Origin: a bacterium
GTDB lineage: Bacteria > Bacillota_I > Bacilli_A > RF39 > UBA660
DNA: 32,166 bases
Direction of reading: 5' to 3'
NCBI GenBank assembly: GCA_029007415.1
Contig: JAQXHT010000051.1
Location: forward strand, 1-32,166
This document shows, piece by piece, positions 19,920 through 30,232 of this stretch (its first letter is position 1; every line of letters starts with the position of its first letter). Position numbers and translations under genes: made by a program. Under the pieces are notes generated by a model. It searched no databases, was not told the DNA's origin, and saw only the letters and a program-made list of their open reading frames with translations.

Positions 19920-20210
19920 TTACTCAGCAACTGGGTAAACAGATACTTGCTTTTTATCTCTACCTACACGTTCAAACTTAACAATACCATCAACAGTAGT
20001 ATAGATAGTATCATCATTACCACGTCTAGCGTTAACTCCTGGATAAATTTTTGTTCCTCTTTGACGATATAGAATACTTCCTGCTGTTACGAATTCTCCA
20101 TCAGCAGCTTTTGCTCCTAAACGTCTTCCGATTGAGTCACGTCCATTTGAAGTTGAACTTTGTCCTTTTTTATGTGCAAAGAATTGAATGTTTAACTTTA
20201 ATAATTCCAC
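19920..20210 (-). CDS. rpmA: 50S ribosomal protein L27 with N-terminal Prp-cleaved extension
   Basis: [25 protein letters not shown]. Confidence 0.97.
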   Translation of the reverse strand: MELLKLNIQFFAHKKGQSSTSNGRDSIGRRLGAKAADGEFVTAGSILYRQRGTKIYPGVNARRGNDDTIYTTVDGIVKFERVGRDKKQVSVYPVAE

Positions 20211-20223
20211 GTTTGTCTCCTCC

Positions 20224-20526
20224 TTACTTTATCTCAATATTATCTTTATAATTTTCTTCTAATTCCTTTAGTAAAGAAATCATATTGCAAATTAAGGTTT
20301 CTGTTATTTTGTCTTGTTTACAAACATTTATTGTTAATCCTTTTTTAGTCACCTGATATGTCAAAGCTTCTTTATCTATTGATAAGATACCATTAATTGT
20401 AGTAGTAACAATTGAACTTGCTGCACTACAAACGATGTCTTTGCCATAATCATCATACATAGCGTGACCTAATATTGCAATTTTTTGGTAAAATCCATTT
20501 TCTTTTTCTGTTTTAACCTTAATCAT
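20224..20526 (-). CDS. prp: Ribosomal-processing cysteine protease Prp
   Basis: GHA..G.DIVCSA motif; position between rplU and rpmA. Confidence 0.93.
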   Translation of the reverse strand: MIKVKTEKENGFYQKIAILGHAMYDDYGKDIVCSAASSIVTTTINGILSIDKEALTYQVTKKGLTINVCKQDKITETLICNMISLLKELEENYKDNIEIK

Positions 20527-20528
20527 AA

Positions 20529-20831
20529 TTAACCATTAATTTTAGTAATTTTGATTTTTGTATAAGGTTGACGATGTCCTTGAGTTTTACGATTACTTCT
20601 AGACTTGTTCTTATACTTAAAGATACGGATTTTCTTACTTTTTCCTTGTTTTAAAACAGTACCTTTAACAGTAGCACCATCAAGATAAGGAGTTCCAATT
20701 TTTCCATCGATCATTAATACTTCATCGAAAGTAACTTCTTTTCCATCTTCAACATTTAATTTTTCAACGAAGATTTCGTCTCCTTCACTAACACGATATT
20801 GTTTTCCACCGGTTTTAATAACTGCGTACAT
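20529..20831 (-). CDS. rplU: 50S ribosomal protein L21
   Basis: [21 protein letters not shown]. Confidence 0.97.
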   Translation of the reverse strand: MYAVIKTGGKQYRVSEGDEIFVEKLNVEDGKEVTFDEVLMIDGKIGTPYLDGATVKGTVLKQGKSKKIRIFKYKNKSRSNRKTQGHRQPYTKIKITKING

Positions 20832-20854
20832 TTTTTATACCTCCTTTATTTAAC

Positions 20855-20935
20855 TTAAGACTCGCTCTTAAGGTACAGAGAAAATTCTGTTTCTACCTTT
20901 TCAATGCGGTTTGAGAAAGAGGTTTCCTCTCGCTA
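20855..20935 (-). promoter_or_regulatory. Probable L21 leader RNA
   Basis: Structured 5'UTR of rplU with ccgca...ggta..tacc...gcgagtc; position fits the Bacillota L21 leader; boundaries approximate. Confidence 0.6.
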
Positions 20936-21002
20936 CAAACAAGTTTATTTTACCATACGTGTCTTTAATAGTCAAACAATTTTTGTGATAAATTGGTGTA
21001 TT

Positions 21003-24000
21003 TTATTCACCACTTGATAATAAGTCTCTAATATCATTTTCAGATAAAGCTGATAAACTCTCACTATCATTTTTACCTTCAATTAAATTTTCACTTAATA
21101 TCCTTTTCTTTTCTTGTAATTCTACAATTCTCTCTTCAATAGTTCCTTTAGTAATTAATTTTATAACAGAAACCGTTTTAGTTTGCCCTATTCGATGAGC
21201 TCTATCAGTTGCTTGATTTTCTACTTGAGGATTCCACCAAATATCTAAGTGAATAACTGCATCTGCTCCAGTCAAGTTAAGTCCTGTTCCTCCAGATTTT
21301 AAAGTTATCAAGAAACAATTAGTATCATCATTATTAAAGTTTTCTACCATTGCCATTCTATCTTTACTCTTTACAGAACCATCAATCATATAATTAGAAA
21401 TATTATTTTCGATAAATATCTCTCTTACATTATCTAATACTCTTTTAAAGCTACTAAAGATTAGAATTTTATGACCATTTTCGATATTTTCTTTAACTAC
21501 TCTTAATAATTCTTCAATCTTAACTCTATCACCAGTATAGTTTTCATACATTACTGTTGGGTCAATACAAATTTGTCTTAAACGCATAAGTAATTGTAAA
21601 ATCTTCATTCTTGATTTTTGGAAGCCACCAGTTCTAATCATTTCATCCATTTCTTCTCTAGTATCTTTTAAGACTTTCATATATAGCATTTTTTGTTTTT
21701 CTGGTAAATCTATATAGATATTATTTTCAATCTTTGCAGGAAGTGATTTTACGACATCACTTTTCTTTCTTCTTAAAATAAATGGCTTAATTTGATTACT
21801 TAAATTATTTAATACTCTTAAACCTTCCTCATCAACATCTTTAATATTATATTTTTCTCTAAATTTAACAACACTATTTAGATAACCTGGCATAATAAAA
21901 TCAAAGATACTCCATAATTCCGTAACGTTGTTTTCTACTGGTGTTCCAGTAAGAGCTATTTTACACTTAGCTTTTATCTTTTTAATTTCTCTAGTCATAG
22001 TAGCTTGATGATTTTTTATATTTTGTGCTTCATCAACAACACATAGTTCAAAGTTCATATCTTCATATTCATCTTTATCATTTCTAATTAAACCATAACT
22101 AGTAATGAAGATATTATATTCATCTTTTCTAGCAAAAACTTCTTTTCTTTTTGCAACTGTATCAGCTACTGTAACATATTTTAAGTTAGGAGCAAATTTT
22201 TGAAATTCTCTTTCCCAGTTATAAACAAGAGAAGTTGGTACTACTATTATAATCTTTGCATCTTGCTTTTCTTTCAAAATTTGTTTGATAAAGATAATAG
22301 TTTGTAAACTCTTACCTAACCCCATCTCATCTGCTAAGATACCACCAAGGTCACATTTATAAATAGTATTTAACCATCTAACTCCTTCTTTTTGATAATC
22401 TCTTAGTATTTTCTTATCCGCTTCTTCAAATTTTACTTCCAAGTCTTTATACTTTTTGAAGTTAGTAATAAATTCATCAAATAAATTATTAGTTTCAATA
22501 TTTTTATATCTACTATTCTTTAAACTATCAATATAAATAGCTCGATATTTAGGAATAGCTACTTCACCGTTTATGATATCATCTTTCGATAAGTCAAGGT
22601 CTGTTATTAAGTCGTTAAGTTGAGCTAATTCTTCATTATTTTCAAGAGAAACGACATTATTATTTTTTAATTTATAGTATCTTTTCTTTTGCTTAAGAGC
22701 TACAAATAAGTTATTTAAATCTTCTTGATTAATACCATCAGCACTAAACTTATAAGACATTATTCCTTCTTTTCCGATACTAAAGTTATTACTAGTAGAA
22801 ATTCCTTTAAGAATTTTGGTACTATCTATTTTCTTACTAGTAAATATTTGGTACTTTTCACTTAGTTTTGCTAGTTCTTCATCTAAAAAAGCATACATTT
22901 CATCTTGATCAGTCATAATAAAACTATTATCATCTTCAGTAAAATTATAACTTAAAATATCTGTTACCACTTCTTGTTCATAATCATTATCTCTTAAGAA
23001 ATCTGTTTTATCAAAATAGTTTATTTCTCTATCTTTATAAGCTAAAACTATATCACATTTTAACTTAGAATAGGAAATATCAAAGTAAAGTTTTACATCT
23101 GGTTTAGTTGGTAAAGCTACTTCTGTTACATCTTCACTTATAACAATATTATTTTTTACTCTATTGAATAAGCCATTACTAAACTGATTGATACTTGCTT
23201 TATTAAAAGTTAAGCCTTTTAATTTACTACTAGTTAGTTTTCTTATGTAATCACTTTCTTCTTTGGCTAGTATATATAAGTTATGATTATAGTAAACATA
23301 TTTAAACTCATTATCTAGAAAATCATAATTAGCAAAGTCTTCAATTTCTAAAGTAAAGTTATCTGCTTTTTTATTAAGAATGTAACTAGTAGGAAGACCT
23401 TTATAAACATTATATACTACTCCACTATCAGTGATAGTAAACTCTTTTCCTTTTAACATATCTAAAACATTAGCAAATTCTCTTTTAGTAAGAGCAAAAG
23501 CGTAACCACTTGCCGTATAGTAATTACCATTTTCACTTATTTCTGCTAGATAATCTAATAGTTCACTATCTTCTTTAGAAAAGTAATGCATATTAGCATT
23601 ATAAGTCAAAGCTTTTCCAAAATAATATTCATCCTTATTTTTATAAGCATAGATAAAGTTTCTAAACTTGGATGGTACTGATAATGTATATTTTTTCTTG
23701 TCACCTATTCGTAATTTAACATTAACATAGTGATAGACAAAAGCAAACTCTAACTCCACTTCCAGTTTTTGTTTAATATTAGCTTTATTATCAGATTGAT
23801 AATCAGCTAGTATTTTCTTTGATAATTCAAGTTCATCAATTATTTCAAAACTAGCTAAATCATCGCCATCATTCATCAAAACTGCAGCTACGTGTTTACA
23901 AGTTTTTGCTCGGTCAAATTGTGGACAATCACAAGAATAGCCAAGAACATCTTCGCCATTGTTTTTAATCTTAACATTGTAATGTCTTCTCGATGACTCT

Positions 24001-24137
24001 GACTTCACAGAATAAGTATGAATGAAACTACTAGCTAATTTAGTACAACCTATCTTTTCGATATAGCCAGGGTCAAACCATCTTCCCTTAATAAAAGAGT
24101 CACGCCCCACTAAACTTAATATACTAGTATAATCCAT
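21003..24137 (-). CDS. SNF2 family helicase with N-terminal SWIM zinc finger
   Basis: CDC..CKH, LADEMGLGKS, DEAQ, TGTPVEN, QATDRAHRIGQ. Confidence 0.95.
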   Translation of the reverse strand: MDYTSILSLVGRDSFIKGRWFDPGYIEKIGCTKLASSFIHTYSVKSESSRRHYNVKIKNNGEDVLGYSCDCPQFDRAKTCKHVAAVLMNDGDDLASFEIIDELELSKKILADYQSDNKANIKQKLEVELEFAFVYHYVNVKLRIGDKKKYTLSVPSKFRNFIYAYKNKDEYYFGKALTYNANMHYFSKEDSELLDYLAEISENGNYYTASGYAFALTKREFANVLDMLKGKEFTITDSGVVYNVYKGLPTSYILNKKADNFTLEIEDFANYDFLDNEFKYVYYNHNLYILAKEESDYIRKLTSSKLKGLTFNKASINQFSNGLFNRVKNNIVISEDVTEVALPTKPDVKLYFDISYSKLKCDIVLAYKDREINYFDKTDFLRDNDYEQEVVTDILSYNFTEDDNSFIMTDQDEMYAFLDEELAKLSEKYQIFTSKKIDSTKILKGISTSNNFSIGKEGIMSYKFSADGINQEDLNNLFVALKQKKRYYKLKNNNVVSLENNEELAQLNDLITDLDLSKDDIINGEVAIPKYRAIYIDSLKNSRYKNIETNNLFDEFITNFKKYKDLEVKFEEADKKILRDYQKEGVRWLNTIYKCDLGGILADEMGLGKSLQTIIFIKQILKEKQDAKIIIVVPTSLVYNWEREFQKFAPNLKYVTVADTVAKRKEVFARKDEYNIFITSYGLIRNDKDEYEDMNFELCVVDEAQNIKNHQATMTREIKKIKAKCKIALTGTPVENNVTELWSIFDFIMPGYLNSVVKFREKYNIKDVDEEGLRVLNNLSNQIKPFILRRKKSDVVKSLPAKIENNIYIDLPEKQKMLYMKVLKDTREEMDEMIRTGGFQKSRMKILQLLMRLRQICIDPTVMYENYTGDRVKIEELLRVVKENIENGHKILIFSSFKRVLDNVREIFIENNISNYMIDGSVKSKDRMAMVENFNNDDTNCFLITLKSGGTGLNLTGADAVIHLDIWWNPQVENQATDRAHRIGQTKTVSVIKLITKGTIEERIVELQEKKRILSENLIEGKNDSESLSALSENDIRDLLSSGE

Positions 24138-24232
24138 AAGAAAACCCCTCCCTTACAAATAGTAGATATATGATAACATTTTTTAATTATTTAATAAAGA
24201 TATTTTTATACATATTTACTATCATTTACATC

Positions 24233-24838
24233 TTATTTCAAGTGATTTATCAAAAAGTTTAACACATCACTTTCATCTCTTTTAATTTCTTTCTTTTCAC
24301 TATCAGTAATATCAACAAAATATTTATTATTTCTCTTATCGATAGAAATACTATCAAGAGGATAATCTTTCTTTATTTTAGTAGTTTTCTCACTAACTAA
24401 GTAAAAATCATCTAAACTCCAAGAGTAAGTAGATTCTTTTCCATTATTAATAACAGCTATACCATAAACCCAACGACAATTTAGCTTTCCATCTTTTGAA
24501 TAAGTATTAACTAAATTAGTATAATAATCAAGCATCTCTGAATCATTTAATCTTTTGCCATTAATTCGTCTTACACAAGTACCTGGTTGTAATTCAGCTG
24601 GTATTCCTTCTATATATAGGTTATCATCCATAGCAAAAACAGGCATATCAACTGCTTCGGCATAACTTCTTGCTTTGATAAGGGCATTTTCGACACCATC
24701 CTTACCAGTTTCTTCTATTTCGATTTTTTTATCTATATCATTAAGAGTAAGTATTTCAATACCATTTTCTAAAAGTCCTTTTTGAAATCTCTTTCCCTTA
24801 CTCTCATTTCCAGTAGCAAATAACACTTTTTTCATCAA
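24233..24838 (-). CDS. Ham1/RdgB-like non-canonical purine NTP pyrophosphatase
   Basis: FATGNESK, EETG...ENALIKA, DDNLYIEG..PG; C-terminal SHR motif not seen. Confidence 0.75.
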   Translation of the reverse strand: MMKKVLFATGNESKGKRFQKGLLENGIEILTLNDIDKKIEIEETGKDGVENALIKARSYAEAVDMPVFAMDDNLYIEGIPAELQPGTCVRRINGKRLNDSEMLDYYTNLVNTYSKDGKLNCRWVYGIAVINNGKESTYSWSLDDFYLVSEKTTKIKKDYPLDSISIDKRNNKYFVDITDSEKKEIKRDESDVLNFLINHLK

Positions 24839-24933
24839 TTACTCCTCCTTCATCAATTAACAATATCTATTATATCATAGAATATTTGTTCGTCAATAAC
24901 ATTTTAAAAAAAGAAAACAATTAAGTTTTCTAG

Positions 24934-25575
24934 TTAATCTCTATCATTACCACCAATAAGTTGTAAAATATAGACAAAAATATTAATAAAATCTAAGTAT
25001 AATTGAAATGCTCCAAAAATGGCACCCTTATCTTCACCTAAACTATCAAGAAGAACTGGTAGTTTTTTAGTGTCATAGGCAACATAACCGATAAATGCAA
25101 TCATTCCAAGAATACAAAGAACTAAATCTGCTGTACTACTTCCAACAAAGATATTAATGATACTTGCAATAATTATTCCTATTAACATCATAAGTAAAAT
25201 ATTACCTAGCTTGTCCAAAGACATTTTAGTAACTGTTCCAAATAAAGCAAATAAGCCAAACACAATCGCTGTTACTAAAAAGACTAGTATTAAACTCTTA
25301 AGTTCAAATGCTATGAATAGTGTTGAAAATGTAATTCCTGTAATAAATGAATATAACAAGTAACAAAATATCGCCGTCTGTTTGCTCATTTTGTGAATTC
25401 TAGCTGAGAAAAAGAAAGCAACTCCTAATTCTATTAGGATAATAATTATATAACTTGCTCCACTCATTAGATTAATGATAGCATTTTCATAATTTGATAG
25501 TACCATACCAGTTGCAAAAGTAAGTAATAGACCAGCAAATAACCAACCATATACTTTTGAATACAACTTCTCCAT
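24934..25575 (-). CDS. Bax inhibitor-1/YccA family membrane protein
   Basis: About 7 TM helices, AYDT and LYLDFINIF. Confidence 0.92.
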   Translation of the reverse strand: MEKLYSKVYGWLFAGLLLTFATGMVLSNYENAIINLMSGASYIIIILIELGVAFFFSARIHKMSKQTAIFCYLLYSFITGITFSTLFIAFELKSLILVFLVTAIVFGLFALFGTVTKMSLDKLGNILLMMLIGIIIASIINIFVGSSTADLVLCILGMIAFIGYVAYDTKKLPVLLDSLGEDKGAIFGAFQLYLDFINIFVYILQLIGGNDRD

Positions 25576-25629
25576 TTTATCCTCCTTCCCTTTTAGTATA
25601 GCATATTTGATTTATCTTTACCAATATGC

Positions 25630-26169
25630 TTATTTTGTTTTATTAAGAATTAGAATAAACTTATCGCCATATTTTCTTTCTTTATATATGGTATAATATT
25701 CACCATAAACAAATTTGTCTTTACTACTACTTTCTAAAATAACTAAACCATCAGTATTTAACAAATCATTCTTTTCTATTAGAATAAGAGCTTCTTTAAT
25801 ATAATCTGTTTTATACGGTGGATCAATAAAGATTAAATCATATTTATTAGTTGTTTCCTTCAAGAATTTACGGAAATCAATTAAATAGACAGTGTCTAAC
25901 TTTTCCCCTAAATTAGTTAAATTATTCTTGATAGTTTTAATAGCTATTTTGTTTTCATCAATGAAGGTACAACTCTTTCCTCCTTCACTTAATGCTTCTA
26001 AACCTAGATTACCACTACCTGCAAAAAGGTCAAGACAATTACTATCTTTAATATAATTTTGAATCATGGCAAATAAAGATTCTTTCACCCTATCCATAGT
26101 AGGTCTTGTTCCTTCTATATCATAACCAATAATATTTCTTCCTTTATATTTACCACTAATTATTTTCAT
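25630..26169 (-). CDS. rsmD: 16S rRNA (guanine(966)-N2)-methyltransferase
   Basis: TRPTMDRVKESLF, LDLFAGSG, DPPY. Confidence 0.95.
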   Translation of the reverse strand: MKIISGKYKGRNIIGYDIEGTRPTMDRVKESLFAMIQNYIKDSNCLDLFAGSGNLGLEALSEGGKSCTFIDENKIAIKTIKNNLTNLGEKLDTVYLIDFRKFLKETTNKYDLIFIDPPYKTDYIKEALILIEKNDLLNTDGLVILESSSKDKFVYGEYYTIYKERKYGDKFILILNKTK

Positions 26170-26422
26170 CTTTAATCTCTCCTAAGTATTTATTACAAGA
26201 TAATATCAAAAAGTTAAGTCGATTTTCTAGCATTTTATATTTTTTGTATTTCTCATCATTATATATTTCTTTTCTAATCGTTTCATTATAAGTATTATGA
26301 TACTCATCTATCTTAGCAATTAGTTCTTTATCTTCATAAATACTAGCAAGACTTTTCTTAATTTCAAACTTTATCTCCGAATTATCAATCATATCAACTA
26401 GTTCATAATAAGTTCCAATCAT
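26156..26422 (-). CDS. Small helical protein, possibly YlbF/YmcA-like
   Basis: Overlaps rsmD start; Y..YK.LEN.LN pattern; family uncertain. Confidence 0.5.
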   Translation of the reverse strand: MIGTYYELVDMIDNSEIKFEIKKSLASIYEDKELIAKIDEYHNTYNETIRKEIYNDEKYKKYKMLENRLNFLILSCNKYLGEIKDENN

Positions 26423-26472
26423 CTGTTAACCACTTCCGTCATTATTATAACAAATACTTAATCAAGAGAAAA

Positions 26473-27600
26473 CTATCTTTTCATTTTTAAATCATTACGA
26501 TAGCAGAAACTACCGCTATCAGCACTTTTTAGAAAGCCATTATAACTTGCTAAGGTTTGTTCTAACTTTTCTGGTTCATGTTTTCTAACGTATTTTACTC
26601 GTTTTTTTATTTTTCGTTTAGTCTTGCCATTTATTAGCATTAATAGTCTTTTATTCTTTAAAACAAAGCGATACCCTAGAAAACAAAAGCCATGATGAAT
26701 TTCTACTATCTGTGTCTTTCTATTAAGTTTTAGTTTTACTTCATCTAATTTCTTTTCTATTTCTTTTAAACAGTATTTAAGATATTCTCTATCTTCATGA
26801 AATAAAATGAAATCATCCATATATCTAACGTAGCATTTTATTCTTAGCTTTTCTTTAATAAAATGATCTAAGTCATTTAAATAATAAACTGCTAATATTT
26901 GACTAGTCATATTACCTATTGGTAGTCCTTTTCCTTTTTGATAAAGTGGTATTGATTCAAGAGACTTAATATGACTTTCGCAATCTCTAATACCTAGTTT
27001 TTTAACTCTTTCAATTTCACTTTCTACTGATTTTTTAATTTCTTCATTAACATAATTATAATTAGTACTAATAATTATTTCTTTTACCATATTAAATATA
27101 CGTTCATCTTTAATAAGCTTAGTTAGCTTATCAAGAAGTATTTCTTGGTCTATTGAATAAAAGTATTTTGATATATCACATTTAAGTACATATATTTTAT
27201 CATGATTTTCCTTCATTTTATTAATGTACTTTTTCACATAATATATTCCTTTACTTGAACCCATAAGTGGTCTTGTAGCTACATTCATTGGTAGTAAAAG
27301 TGGATCAATTAAAGGAAAAAGAAAATAAGTACTAACTAAGTGATTAACTATTTTATCTGGCATTGTTTCACTCATAATCAAACGATATTTCGGCTCTTTA
27401 ATTATAAAGATATGATATTTTTGATGATGATAAGCTTCCTCTTTTAAGGTATTGTAAATTGACATAATATTGCAAGAAAAAAATAGTTCAAATATGAAAA
27501 TCTTATCCTTGTGTTTAGTATTTTTGCGAACGGTATTATAAACATTAGTAAGATTTTCTATCGTAACTACTTCTTCATAACTAAGTGCTTTGCTTTTCAC
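26473..27600 (-). CDS. DGR reverse transcriptase
   Basis: KCDISKYF, GLPIGNMTSQ (DGR-type GxxxSQ), YVRYMDDF, FLGY; 375 aa with no maturase or endonuclease domain. Confidence 0.95.
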   Translation of the reverse strand: MKSKALSYEEVVTIENLTNVYNTVRKNTKHKDKIFIFELFFSCNIMSIYNTLKEEAYHHQKYHIFIIKEPKYRLIMSETMPDKIVNHLVSTYFLFPLIDPLLLPMNVATRPLMGSSKGIYYVKKYINKMKENHDKIYVLKCDISKYFYSIDQEILLDKLTKLIKDERIFNMVKEIIISTNYNYVNEEIKKSVESEIERVKKLGIRDCESHIKSLESIPLYQKGKGLPIGNMTSQILAVYYLNDLDHFIKEKLRIKCYVRYMDDFILFHEDREYLKYCLKEIEKKLDEVKLKLNRKTQIVEIHHGFCFLGYRFVLKNKRLLMLINGKTKRKIKKRVKYVRKHEPEKLEQTLASYNGFLKSADSGSFCYRNDLKMKR

Positions 27601-27937
27601 TCCTAATCACCCCATAAGAAATTTTTCTGATTTCAATTAAAAAATTACTAACTGACTCGTACTTCTTATGGCTAATAATTTTTTTCTTATAACTAACATG
27701 CATATAATAATCGAGCATAGAAATTTGAATAACTAGTGCTTTTAGATATTTAAGTTTAATTCTATTAGTATCCTCGATTCGGTAAGAAAAAATATTTTCA
27801 ATTATCAAATACATAGTTTTTTCGATATTTTGTTTTAATATCACTTCATTTTTAGGATAGTTAATTAATTGTTTGTTAATATAATCAATCGTTTTTTCAC
27901 TATTAGATAAAAGTCTAAAACTATCATTGGAGTCCAT
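27581..27937 (-). CDS. avd: DGR accessory variability determinant (four-helix bundle)
   Basis: 118-aa basic helical protein with YPKNE..L and KIISHKKYE..EI.K..G pattern; overlaps RT start by 20 nt. Confidence 0.85.
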   Translation of the reverse strand: MDSNDSFRLLSNSEKTIDYINKQLINYPKNEVILKQNIEKTMYLIIENIFSYRIEDTNRIKLKYLKALVIQISMLDYYMHVSYKKKIISHKKYESVSNFLIEIRKISYGVIRSEKQST

Positions 27938-28331
27938 CGATAAACTCCTTAATTTTATTATAATTTTCAGAACTATTAGAAATTAACATTTCAATTCTTT
28001 TCATTAATAATTCATGGGAACATTTGCTGTAATAACTTTTCTGAGCAATAGCTGATATATCTTTATATAGATTATCATCACTCATATAACTAGTTATTTC
28101 TTCATTTTCTACGATGTAAAAAGAAATATTCTTATCACGTAAATTTTTTGTTACTTTAGTAAGTGCTGCTACTGGGAATCCTAATTTTTCATTATTAATT
28201 TGGTATGAAAAAAGATAATTCATAGTTATAGCATCAAATCCAAAAGTAACATAAAAACTGCCTACTTTTAAGAGAACTATTTCTTCTTGATGTTGTTTTT
28301 TCAACTCTTCATACTTTTCTTTTACTTTCAT
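27924..28331 (-). CDS. Stand-alone MutS domain I-like DGR accessory protein
   Basis: Y..LK......LLKVGSFYVTFGFDA and GFP motifs; start at ATG 28331 after aggag, giving 135 aa. Confidence 0.8.
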   Translation of the reverse strand: MKVKEKYEELKKQHQEEIVLLKVGSFYVTFGFDAITMNYLFSYQINNEKLGFPVAALTKVTKNLRDKNISFYIVENEEITSYMSDDNLYKDISAIAQKSYYSKCSHELLMKRIEMLISNSSENYNKIKEFIDGLQ

Positions 28332-28348
28332 TTTACTCCTATAATAGT

Positions 28349-28734
28349 TATGCCAAAGATTAATCTTGTTTCCAATCTTTAGATTATGAGTTATATCATT
28401 ACTTCCTCTAGTTACCAACCTTAATCAATAACATACGGTTAGATTAGCAATAATTATACTAATTCGTAGTAGGAATCTGGACGGGCCCCGAAGGAATTCG
28501 TGACGTTGTTCCAATGATTCAGACTGCCTGAAGGATTCACGTTCCAAACGTTCGCATTAGAGTTGTTAGACTCAAAGTTAGACGGAGACAGCGAAGTTCT
28601 AAGCTCTGAATGCAACACAAACCTGAAAGGTCCGTTAGTAGATTAACCTCACTTACTATATTTTTTCAATGTATCAATATTTTCTCAAATAATAATATTA
28701 GCTAAGAAAAGTATACATTATTTTTTCTGGCATA
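28349..28734 (-). ncRNA. DGR template cassette 1 (TR1 28477-28592)
   Basis: TR reads LSPSNFESNNSNANVWNVNPSGSLNHWNNVTNSFGARP; bounded by tatgcca/tggcata. Confidence 0.88.
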
Positions 28735-29363
28735 TAGTTTTTAAAGTAGATTTTAGTTAAATTGCAAGAATTACTAATTTACCTATATATGATGTTAGTT
28801 TTATTTTATAGATAAACGGATACTTACATGTCATATGACAGATATTTTTAAGTAAAACTATGCATGACACAAATTATTTTTCACTACTAGCATATTAGTA
28901 AATATGCCTTACTAGCTCCTATGGTATTTAATTATCTTTAGTAGTTAAATTTAACTGTAATAAACAACTATATATATTATTATCAGTCTTTTTCATAATC
29001 CGTACGAGGTGTCATTACCCCTGTTTCTTTCCGTTAGTATCTATTAGTGTCAAATAATAGATATATTACTCCGCTATAAGTTTTGTATTTTGAGTTATTT
29101 TCTTAATTTATATTAGTATTAAAATAATACAAAAATAAATTTCTTTCTATATCTTTTAATAATAGTAAAAAGTATTTTAAAGATTATAGATAAAGTCATT
29201 ACTCAAAACAAAATTACCATATTTTACCATAGATTTCCCCTCATCATCCATAATAATGGTAACATATCGTTTGAGAATTTTCAATATTTATTCTCAAGTA
29301 TGAATATATTTATACAAGAAAAAAAGCAAAAACTTTTTTAATAATTTTTACTTTTGTTATTGT

Positions 29364-29742
29364 TATGCCAAAGATTAATCTTGTTTCCAATCTTACAGAT
29401 TATGAGTTGGCTCATTACTTCCTCTAGTTATTAACCTTAATCAATAACATACGGTTAGATTAGCAATGATTATACTAATTTGTAGTAGGAATCTGGACGG
29501 GCCCCGAAGGAATTCGTGACGTTGTTTCCGTTATTCAAGCTGCCTGAAGGATTCACGTTCCAAACATTTGCATTAGAGTTGTTTGAATTGAAGTTAGACG
29601 GAGACAGCAAACTTCTAAAAACTAATACTAGAAGGAAAAAACCGTTATTAGACTAACCTTATTTATATTCTTTTAATGTACCAATATTTTCTTGAATAGT
29701 TAACACCAGTCAAAAAAAGTATACATCATATTTCTTGGCATA
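29364..29742 (-). ncRNA. DGR template cassette 2 (TR2 29493-29608)
   Basis: TR reads LSPSNFNSNNSNANVWNVNPSGSLNNGNNVTNSFGARP; bounded by tatgccaa/ttggcata. Confidence 0.88.
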
Positions 29743-29774
29743 GTATTTAAAAACTACTTTGTCTTAATTATGGT

Positions 29775-30156
29775 TATGCCAAAGATTAATCTTGTTTCCA
29801 ATCTTACAGATTATGAGTTATCTCATTACTTCCTCTAGTTACCAACCTTAATCAATAACATACGGTTTAGATTAGCAATAATTGTACTAACTTGTAGTAG
29901 GAATCTGGACGGGCCCCGAAGGAATTCGTGACGTTATTCCAGTCAATCAGACCGCCCGAAGGAAGGACGTTCCAAACGTTCGCATTAGAGTTGTTTGAAT
30001 TGAAGTTAGACGGAGACAGCAAACTTCTAAAAACTAATGCTAGAAAAAGTCTAAAACCGTTATTAGATTAACCTTTATCATTTTCTTTTAATGTACCAAT
30101 ATTTTTTTAAATAATTAGTTTAGCTAAAAAACGTATACATTATTTTTTTTGGCATA
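29775..30156 (-). ncRNA. DGR template cassette 3 (TR3 29905-30020), cognate template of the visible VR
   Basis: TR reads LSPSNFNSNNSNANVWNVLPSGGLIDWNNVTNSFGARP; 15 mismatches to VR, all at TR adenines. Confidence 0.95.
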
Positions 30157-30232
30157 ACATAGGAAAAATAATACTCCTTTATTTTTTTAAATGCAAGCGA
30201 TTTTATATTTTAAAAATAAACAATTATAGCTT

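Noticed and set aside
4337-25363. Plus-strand ORFs 4337-4573, 5954-6283, 17124-17363, 19326-19649, 20051-20251, 25157-25363
   Set aside because: Antisense shadows of conserved genes with no recognisable motifs
26473-27600. Group II intron or retron RT
   Set aside because: Short RT with GNMTSQ/YMDD, adjacent Avd and an A-specific TR/VR pair; no maturase domain or retron VTG motif
28332-28418. N-terminal extension of the MutS-like ORF
   Set aside because: Lies within cassette 1 scaffold; a good RBS supports ATG 28331
28349-28734. MITE-like elements (because of terminal inverted repeats)
   Set aside because: IRs are only 6-11 bp and covary between units; no consistent target-site duplication seen and no transposase in the window
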